Of a stretch of 64,000 bases of DNA, positions 10,509-20,476 are shown one piece after another. The stretch is from assembly GCA_009773495.1 (NCBI GenBank), contig WSXW01000006.1, positions 9,202 to 73,201 on the forward strand, in the 5' to 3' direction. The notes under the pieces were generated by a model. That model was not told where the DNA came from. It searched no databases and worked only from the letters and a program-made list of their open reading frames with translations. Both the position numbers and the translations under genes were made by a program. The stretch comes from Bacillota bacterium (lineage in GTDB: Bacteria > Bacillota > UBA994). Positions within the stretch are counted from its first letter, which is position 1; each line of letters opens with the position of its first letter.

Positions 10509-11940
10509 GGATATCACCCCACTCCTCGTTCCTAGGCACAACTCGCCGACTTTGCTCCGAAACATCCAGTGGATAGTTCCTGTCAAAACAGCCTAAGCAA
10601 AACCCATTGTGCGCCTTATCTACAGCCTTAAGCATGCCCTCTAAACTCAAGTACCCTAGGCTATCTGCGCCGATCATTTGACAAATCTCTCCCACCTGCA
10701 TGCGAGAACCTACGAGCTCCTCGCACGAAGGTGTATCTACACCAAAGAAGCACGGGCTAATCCAGGGTGGGCAGCTGATTCGTACATGTATTTCTTTAGC
10801 GCCGGCCTGCCGCAACATTTTTACTAAAAACTGCGTTGTCGTGCCCCGCACTATGGAATCATCTACTATAATTATGCGCTTACCGCGTACAACCGTTGAG
10901 TTAGGTGTAAGTTTGAGTCTAACCTTTAGTTCACGTAAGGCTTGACTAGGCTGTATGAAAGTACGGCCCACATAGCGATTTTTAACTAACCCTTCTCCGT
11001 AGGGGAGTCCGGACTCTAAAGCGTAGCCAATTGCCGCTGATGTGCCGGAATCAGGCACGGATATGACCATATCTGCATTAACTGCGTGCTCTTGGGCTAG
11101 TAATTTACCCATAGCGGTACGAGCCTCATATACGTTAAGACCATCTATGGTGCTATCGTTACGAGCAAAATAGACGTATTCGAAAATGCACGAGGCCGAC
11201 TTGCCCTCGCTGTATTGACGAAAGCGTAGACCATGTTCGCCGATAATAACTAGTTCTCCAGGCTTGATATCCCGCACGAACTCACCGCCGACTGCCTCAA
11301 TAGCGGCGCTTTCTGAGGCTAATACATAGCCTTTACCTAGGGTGCCTAAGCACAACGGCCTAAACCCGTGGGGGTCTCTCACGCCGATGAGTTGATTGCT
11401 GGTGCATATGACTAAAGAGTAGGCGCCTTGCACAAACCCTAAAGCGCGTACCAGCGCCTCTTCGCTGCCATCCATACGGTAGCGCGCGATAAGATTAAGG
11501 ATAACTTCAGTGTCGCTAGTGGTCTGAAAAATGGAGCCATGCGACTCAAGCTCGGCCCGTAAGCCGTCGCCGTTAGTCAGGTTGCCATTGTGAGCTAGAG
11601 CTAAGTGTCCTTTCATGTACCTGGCGACTAGCGGCTGGCAATTAACCAAGCCCGAACCACCCGTTGTGGAATAACGCACATGGCCCACTGCAATATGGGA
11701 ATTGGTGTTACTAAGGCGAGCTATGCTCGCCTCATCAAACACTTCGGCTACGAGTCCTCCTCCCTTGTGGGTGAATATCTCGCTGCCATTAGTAACAGCT
11801 AAGCCTGCGCTCTCTTGTCCCCGATGTTGCAGAGCAAACAGGCCGAAGTACCCTAAGCGGGCTACATCTAAATCTTTGCCATATACGCCAAAGACTCCGC
11901 ACTCTTCTTTAAGCTTGCCGTCTACTGTGACATGAGGCAT
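10501..11940 (-). CDS. purF: Amidophosphoribosyltransferase
   Basis: [21 protein letters not shown] carries the Ntn catalytic Cys context, followed by a PRTase domain. ATG 11940 is preceded by GGAGGGAGG. The longer ORF-track N-terminus lies inside purL. Confidence 0.92.
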   Translation of the reverse strand: MPHVTVDGKLKEECGVFGVYGKDLDVARLGYFGLFALQHRGQESAGLAVTNGSEIFTHKGGGLVAEVFDEASIARLSNTNSHIAVGHVRYSTTGGSGLVNCQPLVARYMKGHLALAHNGNLTNGDGLRAELESHGSIFQTTSDTEVILNLIARYRMDGSEEALVRALGFVQGAYSLVICTSNQLIGVRDPHGFRPLCLGTLGKGYVLASESAAIEAVGGEFVRDIKPGELVIIGEHGLRFRQYSEGKSASCIFEYVYFARNDSTIDGLNVYEARTAMGKLLAQEHAVNADMVISVPDSGTSAAIGYALESGLPYGEGLVKNRYVGRTFIQPSQALRELKVRLKLTPNSTVVRGKRIIIVDDSIVRGTTTQFLVKMLRQAGAKEIHVRISCPPWISPCFFGVDTPSCEELVGSRMQVGEICQMIGADSLGYLSLEGMLKAVDKAHNGFCLGCFDRNYPLDVSEQSRRVVPRNEEWGDIRG

Positions 11941-14153
11941 GGGATGGCCTCCCTCCAGGCTTTTTGAATTTCTCCTAAGGTCTTTGCGATTACTTCTTGC
12001 CCGTCTACTCTGACCACCACTGAGCGCCCTTGAACCTTCCCCACAGTTTGACAAGGGACATTGTGTCCGCCGCACAAGAGCTCGAATTGAGCATTGTCTT
12101 GGGGGGCTACACTGACTATTACCCGGGATTGAGATTCGCCAAAGAGTAGTGAATCGAGTCGCAACGCTCCTTGGTTTATCAGCTCGATTACTACTCCCTT
12201 GCTACCGGAGATGGCGGATTCACTGAGGGTGACGGCCAAGCCTCCTTCTGCACAGTCGTGAGCCGACCTAAGCAGGCCTTGCTTGGCGGCACTGACCAGG
12301 AGTTTCTGCAAATGCACTTCAAGTTGAAGGTTAAGCTGAGGCGGCATCCCTTGTTCCAGGCCGTGCCTAAGCTTAAGGTACTCGCTGCCTCCCAATTCGT
12401 CGTGTGTGGTACCGAGGAGGTAAACGGTGTCTCCTTCGTTCTTAAAGCCTTGGGTAACCCGCTTCTCGATATCCTCAATCAGGCCAACCATGCCCACGGT
12501 TGGCGTAGGATAAATAGCTTGCCCCTTAGTCTCGTTGTAGAGGCTCACGTTACCGCCGGTTACCGGGGTGTTAAGAGCATTACAAGCTGCAGCCATACCT
12601 TGTATAGCGCTGTTCAACTGATAGAAGACCTCAGGCTTTTCTGGATTACCAAAGTTAAGGCAGTTTGTTACGGCCAAAGGCTCCGCCCCGCTGCATGCTA
12701 CGTTTCTAGCTGCTTCGGCTACAGCGATGGCCCCACCGGTATAAGGGTCTAGGTACACGTAGCGGCTATTGCAGTCTACACTCATGGCAATACCTTTTTG
12801 GGTACCCTTGATGCGCAGCATGGCTGCGTCAGAGCCAGGCAGGATAACCGTATCGCCGCGCACCATATGATCATACTGTCGGTAAACCCACTCTTTACTA
12901 GCAATGTTTGGAGTAGACAATAGAGCGACCAGTACTTCACTCAGATCTTGTGGTTCTTTAATTGTAGAGTAGTCTAAGCAGCGCACGCTCTCTTGCCAGG
13001 CCGGCACTGCACCGACAGGACTGTAAACGGGGCCCTCGCTAGCTAGAGCTGCGGCCGAGAGCTCTGCTGCGACCTCGCCGTCGTCTAGGATGCGGAGTAG
13101 CCCATCGTCTGTGACTTGGCCTACATCTGTAGCGGTAAGACCCCACTTAGCGCAGCGCTCAGCTACTATAGATACCTTCTCTGGTTCTACTACCAGCAAC
13201 ATGCGCTCCTGCGATTCGGAAAGCATAATTTCATAAGGGTTCATGTTCGATTCGCGGCGCGGCACACGGGCCACATCAAGCTCTAAACCTGTACCAGCGC
13301 GCGCTGCCATTTCGCTAGAGGAAGATGTTAAACCAGCAGCACCGAGATCTTGCATGCCTATGATGACCTTATCCTTAATCAGCTCAAGGCAGGCCTCCAG
13401 CAGCAGCTTTTCCATAAAGGGGTCGCCGACCTGAACAGAGGGCCGCTTCTTGGCTGATTGCTCGCTCAACTCTTCTGATGCAAAGGTAGCGCCATGAATA
13501 CCGTCGCGTCCGGTGCTAGCACCGATGAGGATAACACGGTTACCCACACCGGCAGCCTTACCCTTGGCTAGGCTAGCATGATCGATAAGACCTACGCACA
13601 TGGCATTAACTAGACAGTTACCTGTATAACTCTGATTAAAATAGACTTCTCCCCCCACGGTAGGAATACCGAGGCAATTACCATATCCCGCGATACCAGC
13701 GACTACACCTGAGAACAACCAACGCTGATGTGCTGAGTCCAGCTCGCCAAAGCGCAAGCTATTGAGCAGAGCCACTGGCCGTGCACCCATGGCAAACACA
13801 TCGCGCACAATACCGCCCACGCCAGTTGCAGCACCCTGATAGGGCTCTATAGCCGAAGGATGGTTGTGGCTCTCGATCTTAAACACTAGGGCCAAGTCAT
13901 CACCTATATCAACCACGCCGGCGTTCTCGCCAGGGCCCTGTAATACGCGTGCCCCAGTAGTAGGGAACTGCCTGAGAGCCCTGCGGGAGTGTTTGTAGCT
14001 ACAGTGCTCAGACCACATGACAGCAAACATACCGAGCTCCACTAAGTTAGGGACCCTACCCATAATTTCAATTACTTTTTCGTACTCTTGGGGTTTTAGG
14101 CCCATTGCAGTGGCCGAGTCCAAGGACTGCAGCTCAAGATGAAGCTTATGCAT
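11922..14153 (-). CDS. purL: FGAM synthase II (large subunit)
   Basis: About 743 aa with the [20 protein letters not shown]-terminal signature and AIRS-type repeats. ATG 14153 overlaps the purQ stop. An alternative GTG lies at 14162. Confidence 0.92.
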   Translation of the reverse strand: MHKLHLELQSLDSATAMGLKPQEYEKVIEIMGRVPNLVELGMFAVMWSEHCSYKHSRRALRQFPTTGARVLQGPGENAGVVDIGDDLALVFKIESHNHPSAIEPYQGAATGVGGIVRDVFAMGARPVALLNSLRFGELDSAHQRWLFSGVVAGIAGYGNCLGIPTVGGEVYFNQSYTGNCLVNAMCVGLIDHASLAKGKAAGVGNRVILIGASTGRDGIHGATFASEELSEQSAKKRPSVQVGDPFMEKLLLEACLELIKDKVIIGMQDLGAAGLTSSSSEMAARAGTGLELDVARVPRRESNMNPYEIMLSESQERMLLVVEPEKVSIVAERCAKWGLTATDVGQVTDDGLLRILDDGEVAAELSAAALASEGPVYSPVGAVPAWQESVRCLDYSTIKEPQDLSEVLVALLSTPNIASKEWVYRQYDHMVRGDTVILPGSDAAMLRIKGTQKGIAMSVDCNSRYVYLDPYTGGAIAVAEAARNVACSGAEPLAVTNCLNFGNPEKPEVFYQLNSAIQGMAAACNALNTPVTGGNVSLYNETKGQAIYPTPTVGMVGLIEDIEKRVTQGFKNEGDTVYLLGTTHDELGGSEYLKLRHGLEQGMPPQLNLQLEVHLQKLLVSAAKQGLLRSAHDCAEGGLAVTLSESAISGSKGVVIELINQGALRLDSLLFGESQSRVIVSVAPQDNAQFELLCGGHNVPCQTVGKVQGRSVVVRVDGQEVIAKTLGEIQKAWREAIPCLMSQ

Positions 14154-14847
14154 GTATGTCACCCCACCATTTAAGTATTGATACCCACACGAGCTTACCG
14201 TCGGTGCAGCCTAAAATAGCCTCGGCTGCACGCTCAGGGTGGGGCATCATACCCAGAATGTTCCCCCGTCTATTAGTGATACCCGCAATATTCTCGATTG
14301 ACCCATTGGGATTGCTCTCCGGAGTGATTCGTCCCTGTTCATCACAATATCTAAATGCAATTTGGTTATGGCGCTTTAGCTCAGCTAAGCCGTTTTCATC
14401 TATAAAATAGTTGCCCTCGGCATGGGCAATGGGAATACGCAAAACTTGGCCTACCTCACCTAGATTGGTAAAGGGTGTACGGTTGTTCTCTAGGCGCAAA
14501 TGCCTCTCCTCGCAGCGAAACTGCAGATGGTTATTGCGAAGCATGGCCCCAGGCAACAGCCCTGACTCCAGCAAAATCTGGAAACCATTACAAATGCCTA
14601 AAACCAGCTTGCCTCGCTCGGACTCCCGCGCAATTGCCTCCATTGCCGGGGAAAAACGCGCAATGGCCCCGCAGCGCAGGTAATCACCATAGGAAAACCC
14701 GCCCGGAATAACAAGGCAATCAAAGCGGGATAGATCCTGCTCTTGGTGCCACACGTATTCGGTAGGTTGCCCGAGCACTTCCTTAGCAGCGTGGTAGCAG
14801 TCCACGTCACAATTGGAGCCTGGGAAAACCACTATGCCAAATTTCAT
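14146..14847 (-). CDS. purQ: FGAM synthase I (glutaminase subunit)
   Basis: 233 aa class I amidotransferase with GICNGFQ and HPER motifs. ATGA overlap with purS. Confidence 0.92.
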   Translation of the reverse strand: MKFGIVVFPGSNCDVDCYHAAKEVLGQPTEYVWHQEQDLSRFDCLVIPGGFSYGDYLRCGAIARFSPAMEAIARESERGKLVLGICNGFQILLESGLLPGAMLRNNHLQFRCEERHLRLENNRTPFTNLGEVGQVLRIPIAHAEGNYFIDENGLAELKRHNQIAFRYCDEQGRITPESNPNGSIENIAGITNRRGNILGMMPHPERAAEAILGCTDGKLVWVSILKWWGDIHA

Positions 14848-15095
14848 TGAACTTCCTCCAAAATAAAGTGGTAGTCCTCCATCACTGGGTTAGCCAGTAG
14901 GCGCTCACACATGGCGCGCACCATCGCGCTAACTTCGTCAATTGAGGTGGCTTCGACAGTCACCTCCATGTACTTGCCGATGCGCACATCACTCACAGCT
15001 TTAAAACCTTGGCTCATGAGGCCTGAGCGCACAGCTTGCCCTTGGGGGTCTAGCACTCCTTCACGTAGGGTCACAAAGATTTTAGCTCTCCACAT
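14844..15095 (-). CDS. purS: FGAM synthase PurS subunit
   Basis: 83 aa with the ...[12 protein letters not shown] motif, placed between purC and purQ. Confidence 0.9.
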   Translation of the reverse strand: MWRAKIFVTLREGVLDPQGQAVRSGLMSQGFKAVSDVRIGKYMEVTVEATSIDEVSAMVRAMCERLLANPVMEDYHFILEEVQ

Positions 15096-15807
15096 GTGTT
15101 TCGCCTCCTGTTAGTCTATTAAAAATCTCACGATAGGCCTCAGCCACGCCGCCTAAGTCACGGCGGAAACGATCCTTGTCTAGCTTCTCCATAGTTGTGG
15201 CATCCCAGAAACGGCAGGTGTCAGGCGATATCTCATCCCCCAGTATTATCCGACCGTTGCAGCGCCCAAACTCCAGCTTGAAGTCTACAAGGAGCACATT
15301 AAGACCCCGCATGTACTTGCTGAGAATATCGTTGATCCTAAAGCTCATGTCGGCAATAGTTCTCATCTCTGCGGGAGTTGCCAACCCCAGAGCTTGGATG
15401 TGGTAATCATTGATGAGGGGGTCTCCTAGCTCGTCATCCTTGTACGAATATTCAAGCACAGGTGTAGGCAACACTGTGCCTTCTGCAACACCAAGCCGTT
15501 TGGACATAGAGCCGGCGACGATATTGCGAATAATGACCTCAACTTTGACTATCTCCAGCTTTTTCACTAGCATTTCACAGGGGCTAATAACCTTGATAAA
15601 GTGGTTTTCTATACCTTGCTCGGCCAGTACGGCAAAGAAATGCGCCGAAATAAGATTATTAAGTACGCCCTTTCCTTCTATTTCGCCCTTCTTCTGGGCA
15701 TTAAAAGCAGTGGCAGAGTCCTTATAGTAGACCCAAAACGTACTTGGGTCATTCGTGCGGTACACTTTTTTGGCCTTACCCTCATAAAGCTGCTCTAGTT
15801 TTTCCAT
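15082..15807 (-). CDS. purC: SAICAR synthase
   Basis: 241 aa with [11 protein letters not shown]-terminus and DKDRFR motif. Confidence 0.92.
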   Translation of the reverse strand: MEKLEQLYEGKAKKVYRTNDPSTFWVYYKDSATAFNAQKKGEIEGKGVLNNLISAHFFAVLAEQGIENHFIKVISPCEMLVKKLEIVKVEVIIRNIVAGSMSKRLGVAEGTVLPTPVLEYSYKDDELGDPLINDYHIQALGLATPAEMRTIADMSFRINDILSKYMRGLNVLLVDFKLEFGRCNGRIILGDEISPDTCRFWDATTMEKLDKDRFRRDLGGVAEAYREIFNRLTGGETHVES

Positions 15808-15824
15808 CTTTCTCTCCCCCTCGT

Positions 15825-17117
15825 TTATAGCCCTAAGCGAGAAAACACGGTGTCCACATGCTTGAGATGGTATGCTACATCAAAGCAATCGTTAAGTTCC
15901 TGTGCAGATAACCGAGAAGTAATTTGCTCTGCGGCGTTTACCAATAACCTAAAACTTACTTTCTGCTGCCAGGCTTGCATCGCCAATCGTTGCACCATAT
16001 CGTAAGCCTCTTCGCGGGTTAGGCCTGACTCAATAAGCTTTAAGAGCACATGCTGGGAGTTGGTAAGATCAAAAGAACGCTCTATATTAGCCTGCATGTT
16101 CTCAGGGTAAACGTTAAGATCAGCCATCACTCGGTGCAGTATGTGCGTCATGTAATAGAGGCAATGAAAGGCATCGGGCAGGATGATGCGCTCAGCAGAG
16201 GAATGTGAAATATCCCGCTCGTGCCATAGCGCTACATTTTCCATAGCTGTTAGGGCGTAACCTCTTAACACCCGGGCCAGCCCCGTTACCCGCTCACACA
16301 TAATGGGGTTGCGTTTATGCGGCATGGCGGAGCTACCCTTTTGACCAGCCCGAAATGGCTCCTCGACCTCGCGCGTCTCTGTCTTCTGCAAGGCACGAAT
16401 CTCAGTAGCGAACTTCTCCAAACTGCAGCCCACTATAGCCATGGTAGTGAGTAGAGCGGCATGCCTGTCGCGCTGCAGCGTTTGAGTCGAGGCCTTAGCG
16501 GTACTTAACCCCATGCGGCTGCACACATACTCCTCAATGCCCGGCTCAATATTGGCGTAGGTGCCAACAGCACCCGAGAGCTTGCCTACGGCCATGCCCT
16601 CGCGGGCAGCCTGCAAGCGCACCAGATGCCGATCTATCTCAGCGACCCATACGGCCAGCTTGAGGCCAAACGTTGTTGGTTCGGCATGAACGCCATGTGT
16701 CCGCCCCATCATAACGGTATTTTTGTGCTTCGTGGCCTGTTGCGCAACGGCCTGCCGAAAGTCAGTCAGCTTAGCCAACACTAGGTCTACCGCTTCCACG
16801 ACGAGCGCCGATAGCGCCGTGTCTACTACATCCGTAGAGGTCAAACCGTAATGAACCCACTTTGCTTCCGGACCTAGAGATTCGCTAACATTGCGAGTAA
16901 AAGCCACTACGTCGTGGTTTGTTTGCAGCTCTAGTTCTTCTATTCTTTCTACATTAAACACAGCGTTATGCCGGATAAGTTCAACATCTTCCTGGGGAAT
17001 GACCCCCCACAAAGCCCAAGCTTCACAAGTGAGGATCTCGATCTCTAACCATTTCTTAAACTTATTTTCTTGTGTCCAGATTTTAGACATTTCTGGAAGG
17101 CTATAACGCTCTATCAA
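15825..17117 (-). CDS. purB: Adenylosuccinate lyase
   Basis: 430 aa with [11 protein letters not shown]-terminus and fumarate-lyase signature [14 protein letters not shown] start with GGAGGG 7 nt upstream. Confidence 0.92.
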   Translation of the reverse strand: MIERYSLPEMSKIWTQENKFKKWLEIEILTCEAWALWGVIPQEDVELIRHNAVFNVERIEELELQTNHDVVAFTRNVSESLGPEAKWVHYGLTSTDVVDTALSALVVEAVDLVLAKLTDFRQAVAQQATKHKNTVMMGRTHGVHAEPTTFGLKLAVWVAEIDRHLVRLQAAREGMAVGKLSGAVGTYANIEPGIEEYVCSRMGLSTAKASTQTLQRDRHAALLTTMAIVGCSLEKFATEIRALQKTETREVEEPFRAGQKGSSAMPHKRNPIMCERVTGLARVLRGYALTAMENVALWHERDISHSSAERIILPDAFHCLYYMTHILHRVMADLNVYPENMQANIERSFDLTNSQHVLLKLIESGLTREEAYDMVQRLAMQAWQQKVSFRLLVNAAEQITSRLSAQELNDCFDVAYHLKHVDTVFSRLGL

Positions 17118-17171
17118 ACTTAAACCCTCCTAACTTTCTTCTCTGCAAAATACGACCATATGATTATTGTT

Positions 17172-17201
17172 GCCAAAACGAGAGGGCATTACTGCCCTCT
17201 C
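17172..17201 (-). terminator. Hairpin plus short T-tract between the permease gene and purB; a candidate terminator or attenuator
   Basis: Stem gagagggca / tgccctctc with loop ttac, followed on the minus strand by GTTTTGG. Confidence 0.5.
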
Positions 17202-17220
17202 GCACTTTGTGTCCTAGTGC

Positions 17221-18582
17221 CTAGCTTACAAAGAAGCGCAGAACGAAAAGGAACGCCAGTATATACATTGTCAGAGAAATGTCTCTGAACTTGCGGGTAG
17301 CTAACTTGAGAGCTACGAAAGCTAGAACGCCCCATACGATACCTTCAGCAATACTAAACGTGAACGGCATCATGACGATGGCAAGGAACGCGGGTATAGC
17401 TTCTAGGAAATCATCAAACTTAATCTGTGTAACAGGCTCCATCATGAAAACACCGACAATAATCAAAATAGGTGCGGTGGCAGCAGCCGGTACAAGACCT
17501 GCTAGTGGAGAAAAGAAGAGCGCTGCAAGAAACAACAAACCAGTAGTAACAGCTGTAAGACCTGTGCGGCCGCCCTCTGCTACACCAGCGGCACTCTCAA
17601 CGTAGGTAGTAACGGTGCTTGTACCCAGTACGGCGCCAGCAACAGTCCCAATCGCGTCAGCCATAAGCGCTTTATTAGCACGCGGGAGCTTACCATCCTT
17701 GTCTAACATCTTAGCCTTACTGGAAACACCAATAAGAGTACCGATAGTATCGAAAACATCTACGAAAGTAAAGGAGAAGATGATCGGAATGAAACCAATC
17801 TTAAATAACTCGGCGAAACCGAAACGGAATTCCCCCAAGTGCTGCATACTAGGTGGAGAAGAGATAAGATCACTGAGTGCCTTCGGTGCGCGAATCATGG
17901 CAGTTTCGGTCTCAGGCAGGAAGCCGAAGAACTGAGGTCCCATGATTTCAGAAACGATCATGCCCACAACAGTAGTGCCGAGGATACCGATAAGCAAGGA
18001 TCCTCTGACTTTTCTGACAACAAGCACACTTGTTAAGACGAGGCCAAATACGGCCAGCTGAACCTTAGGATCGCTCATGTTGCCGAGTTGAACGAGGGTT
18101 GCAGGGTTACCGACAACTAGGCCCGCGTTCTTAAAACCGATTAGGGCAATAAAAAGACCAATACCTGTACCAACCGCTAACTTAAGAGACATAGGAATAG
18201 AATCAATAATTGCTTCACGGGCTTTAGTAACGGTTAATAGAATGAAAAGTACACCAGAGATAAAGACAGCTGCGAGGGCGGCCTGATAGCTTAGACCAGC
18301 GCCAAATACTACACCGAAAGTAAAGAAAGCGTTAAGACCCATACCGGGGGCTAGGGCAAAGGGGTAGTTGGCCATAAGACCCATAGTAATAGAGGCGATA
18401 GCAGCAGAGACACAAGTAGCTGCTAAAACAGCGCCGAAATTCATACCTGCGAGAGAGAGCAGCTCCGGATTAACAAAGATGATGTAGGCCATGGTCATGA
18501 ACGTGGTGAGACCGGCAAATACTTCTGTGCGGACGGTGGTATTGTTCTCTCTAAGTTTAAATAAACGCTCTAACAACCTCAC
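17221..18582 (-). CDS. pbuG: NCS2/AzgA-type purine (hypoxanthine/guanine/adenine) permease
   Basis: About 450 aa polytopic membrane protein with the GLTTFMTMAYIIFVNP signature shared with PbuG/PbuO. It sits immediately upstream of the pur operon. The in-frame TTG at 18576 has better SD spacing than the GTG at 18582. Confidence 0.8.
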   Translation of the reverse strand: MRLLERLFKLRENNTTVRTEVFAGLTTFMTMAYIIFVNPELLSLAGMNFGAVLAATCVSAAIASITMGLMANYPFALAPGMGLNAFFTFGVVFGAGLSYQAALAAVFISGVLFILLTVTKAREAIIDSIPMSLKLAVGTGIGLFIALIGFKNAGLVVGNPATLVQLGNMSDPKVQLAVFGLVLTSVLVVRKVRGSLLIGILGTTVVGMIVSEIMGPQFFGFLPETETAMIRAPKALSDLISSPPSMQHLGEFRFGFAELFKIGFIPIIFSFTFVDVFDTIGTLIGVSSKAKMLDKDGKLPRANKALMADAIGTVAGAVLGTSTVTTYVESAAGVAEGGRTGLTAVTTGLLFLAALFFSPLAGLVPAAATAPILIIVGVFMMEPVTQIKFDDFLEAIPAFLAIVMMPFTFSIAEGIVWGVLAFVALKLATRKFRDISLTMYILAFLFVLRFFVS

Positions 18583-18589
18583 TGCCTCC

Positions 18590-18690
18590 TTAAGTTTTGC
18601 AATATCTCTACCGCAGCGCCGCTTGGACCCGACCAGCTTTCACTGTGGAACCCTAGACATATACTCGTGGAGAGACATCGCATTCTGTTT
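18590..18690 (-). ncRNA. Candidate ykkC-family (subtype-2-like, e.g. PRPP/ppGpp class) riboswitch leader
   Basis: The minus-strand leader reads GUCUAGGGUUCCACAGUGAAAGCUGGUCGGGUCCAAGCGGCGCUGCGGUAGAGAUAUUGCAAAACUUAAGGAGG. The blocks CUAGGGUUCC, GGUCCAAG and CGG-N-stem-AGGAG match, from memory, the conserved blocks of ykkC RNAs. The 3' block overlaps the SD. Confidence 0.45.
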
Positions 18691-18698
18691 CCACCAAG

Positions 18699-18728
18699 AA
18701 TATATCATTTGACAGCAAAGCTTGTCAA
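18699..18728 (-). promoter_or_regulatory. Sigma-A-type promoter of the permease leader
   Basis: TTGACA (18728-18723), an 18-nt spacer containing TG, then TATATT (18704-18699). Confidence 0.6.
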
Positions 18729-18831
18729 CGCAAAACGCGAACGATTTATTCTCTTTATTTATACAACGTTCGGAGATTTGCATAATCTTACTCATAATTA
18801 TTACAGACCCAATAACAAACATATCTAACCC

Positions 18832-18860
18832 TTGTGCCAGAGCAGCTATCTAGTTATAAT
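18832..18860 (+). promoter_or_regulatory. Near-consensus sigma-A promoter
   Basis: TTGTGC, exactly 17 nt, then TATAAT. It faces the small ORF and the GTPase gene. Confidence 0.6.
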
Positions 18861-18893
18861 TTATTTGAAATAATTAGCAAAGGAGGTCCCGGC

Positions 18894-19010
18894 ATGTTGA
18901 CTAAGGGCACTGATACCACTTGTTTTGTTATGATGCATAAGCGCGTAGGATTCAAACTCAGCACCAAGGGGGTAGTCTGTCCAATTTTAACACCTAGGGG
19001 CCTGAGCTAA
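18894..19010 (+). CDS. Candidate 38-codon small ORF or leader peptide
   Basis: ATG preceded by AAAGGAGG with a 7-nt spacer. Translation MLTKGTDTTCFVMMHKRVGFKLSTKGVVCPILTPRGLS. I have no homology evidence. Confidence 0.3.
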   Translation: MLTKGTDTTCFVMMHKRVGFKLSTKGVVCPILTPRGLS

Positions 19011-19182
19011 GCACGGAGCATTGCGTTTCAGCAGTGAGCTAAGAGCTGTGGGCCGCCGCGGGTGTTGGCCCGTGGCGAGTTTTACGGTGAAGCAGCCATT
19101 TTTGCCGCCTTAACCAACACAAAGCCACGGGCATTCTGCCCGTGGCTTTGTGTGCCCGTATTTTGATTTAAGGAGGATCCCC

Positions 19183-20130
19183 ATGCCTATACCACATCAA
19201 GAAATGAGACGAATGATCAAGCGTCGAATGATTGGAACCGAAGGGAATGAGCGCATGCAAGTATTGCGCAGCTGTCTGGCCCAATTCCCTGATTTTTATA
19301 ACGGCCCCTATGGAGAACTTCGCCAATGGGTAAATAACTTAATAGAACAGACACGTGTTCAGAAGGGCATTAAACACCAAGATCAATTCTCCATTCCTAA
19401 AGAGGGTGCTGCCCAGGTAGTCTTAGTGGGGCCACCTAACGCCGGTAAATCATCACTGCTCAAGGCACTAACGGGTAGACAAGTAGCAGTAGGAGATTAT
19501 CCGTTCACCACTTTGCGCCCCATTGCTGGCATTGTAAAGTTAGGAGGCGCTGGTGTACAGTTGGTAGATCTGCCCGGCTTGCTTGATGGCGCTGTGGATG
19601 GCAAAGGTGGTGGCAGAGCACTACTTGCTTGCATACGTAGTTCCGACGCGCTCATCTATGTAGTCCCGGCCACGGAACAGGGCGCACTCGAAGCTCTAGC
19701 AGTAGTGGAAGAGGTCGAAGAGGAAGCAGAAATAGCTCTCCCTACGGGGGTGGTACTGACCAAAATAGACTTGGATGGAGCTCTAGAGCTACTCCCCTAT
19801 GTTGAGGAGAACCTAGCGCCGTACCCGATAATCCCTTGTTCCACCACAACATTAGCTGGTATGAACGAGGTGAGGCAGCTAATATGGAATTTGACTGGTC
19901 TGATTCGCGTTTACCCCAAACGGCGCGGAGGAAACAAGGACGAAGAGCCGCTTGTGCTTAAGCCTCAGTCTACTGTAGAAGATTTTATTTTAAGCATACA
20001 CCGAGATTGGCTTACGCGGTTTAAACAGGCCCGCATCAGCGGTCCCTCTGCCAAGTTCCCTGGAATGGCTGTAGGTTTATACCATGTGTTACAAGACGGG
20101 GATGTTGTAGAACTACTTATGACGCGATAA
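19183..20130 (+). CDS. OBG-HflX-superfamily GTPase of the DRG/Rbg type with a C-terminal TGS domain
   Basis: G1 GPPNAGKSS, G2 PFTTL, G3 DLPG, and a C-terminal TGS-like segment (...LQDGDVVELL). ATG 19183 is preceded by AAGGAGG. Confidence 0.8.
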   Translation: MPIPHQEMRRMIKRRMIGTEGNERMQVLRSCLAQFPDFYNGPYGELRQWVNNLIEQTRVQKGIKHQDQFSIPKEGAAQVVLVGPPNAGKSSLLKALTGRQVAVGDYPFTTLRPIAGIVKLGGAGVQLVDLPGLLDGAVDGKGGGRALLACIRSSDALIYVVPATEQGALEALAVVEEVEEEAEIALPTGVVLTKIDLDGALELLPYVEENLAPYPIIPCSTTTLAGMNEVRQLIWNLTGLIRVYPKRRGGNKDEEPLVLKPQSTVEDFILSIHRDWLTRFKQARISGPSAKFPGMAVGLYHVLQDGDVVELLMTR

Positions 20131-20290
20131 GGCTTACTAGTGTCAACACAGCGGCTACCGCGTGGCTGCAGCATCCCCTCGAGTTTACGCAAATCGCAGG
20201 GTTCATTGTCACCATGAACAATGGAATGGACTTGATTACCCAGAGCACTCTTTAGAGTGCGGGGCCCTCGTGCCCTCATACCATCGTCCC

Positions 20291-20444
20291 CACGCCCACG
20301 CTAAAAGGGCACAGCATGCTGTGCCCCTACACGAAGTTAGAACCCCATGTGTAGGAGCACGCCCACGCTAAAAGGGCACAGCATGCTGTGCCCCTACACG
20401 AAGTTAGAACCCCATGTGTAGGGGCACGCCCACGCTAAAAGGGG
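20291..20444. repeat. 67-bp tandem repeat (2 full copies plus 20 nt), each unit holding a perfect 20-nt palindrome and a second hairpin
   Basis: Units start at 20291, 20358 and 20425, and the two full units differ at one position. The palindrome gggcacagcatgctgtgccc lies at 20307-20326 and 20374-20393. The second stem is ctacac...gtgtag. Confidence 0.9.
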
Positions 20445-20467
20445 CTGTTACTGCAACAGCCCCTTTT
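20437..20467. terminator. Bidirectional terminator between the GTPase and the cupin gene
   Basis: aaaa-ggggctgtt-actgc-aacagcccc-tttt. Confidence 0.75.
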
Positions 20468-20476
20468 AAAACTAGA

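Noticed and set aside
20162-20371. 69-aa plus-strand ORF across the 67-bp repeats
   Set aside because: The frame runs through the repeat units and palindromes, has no SD, and its composition is dictated by the repeat. It is unlikely to be coding.
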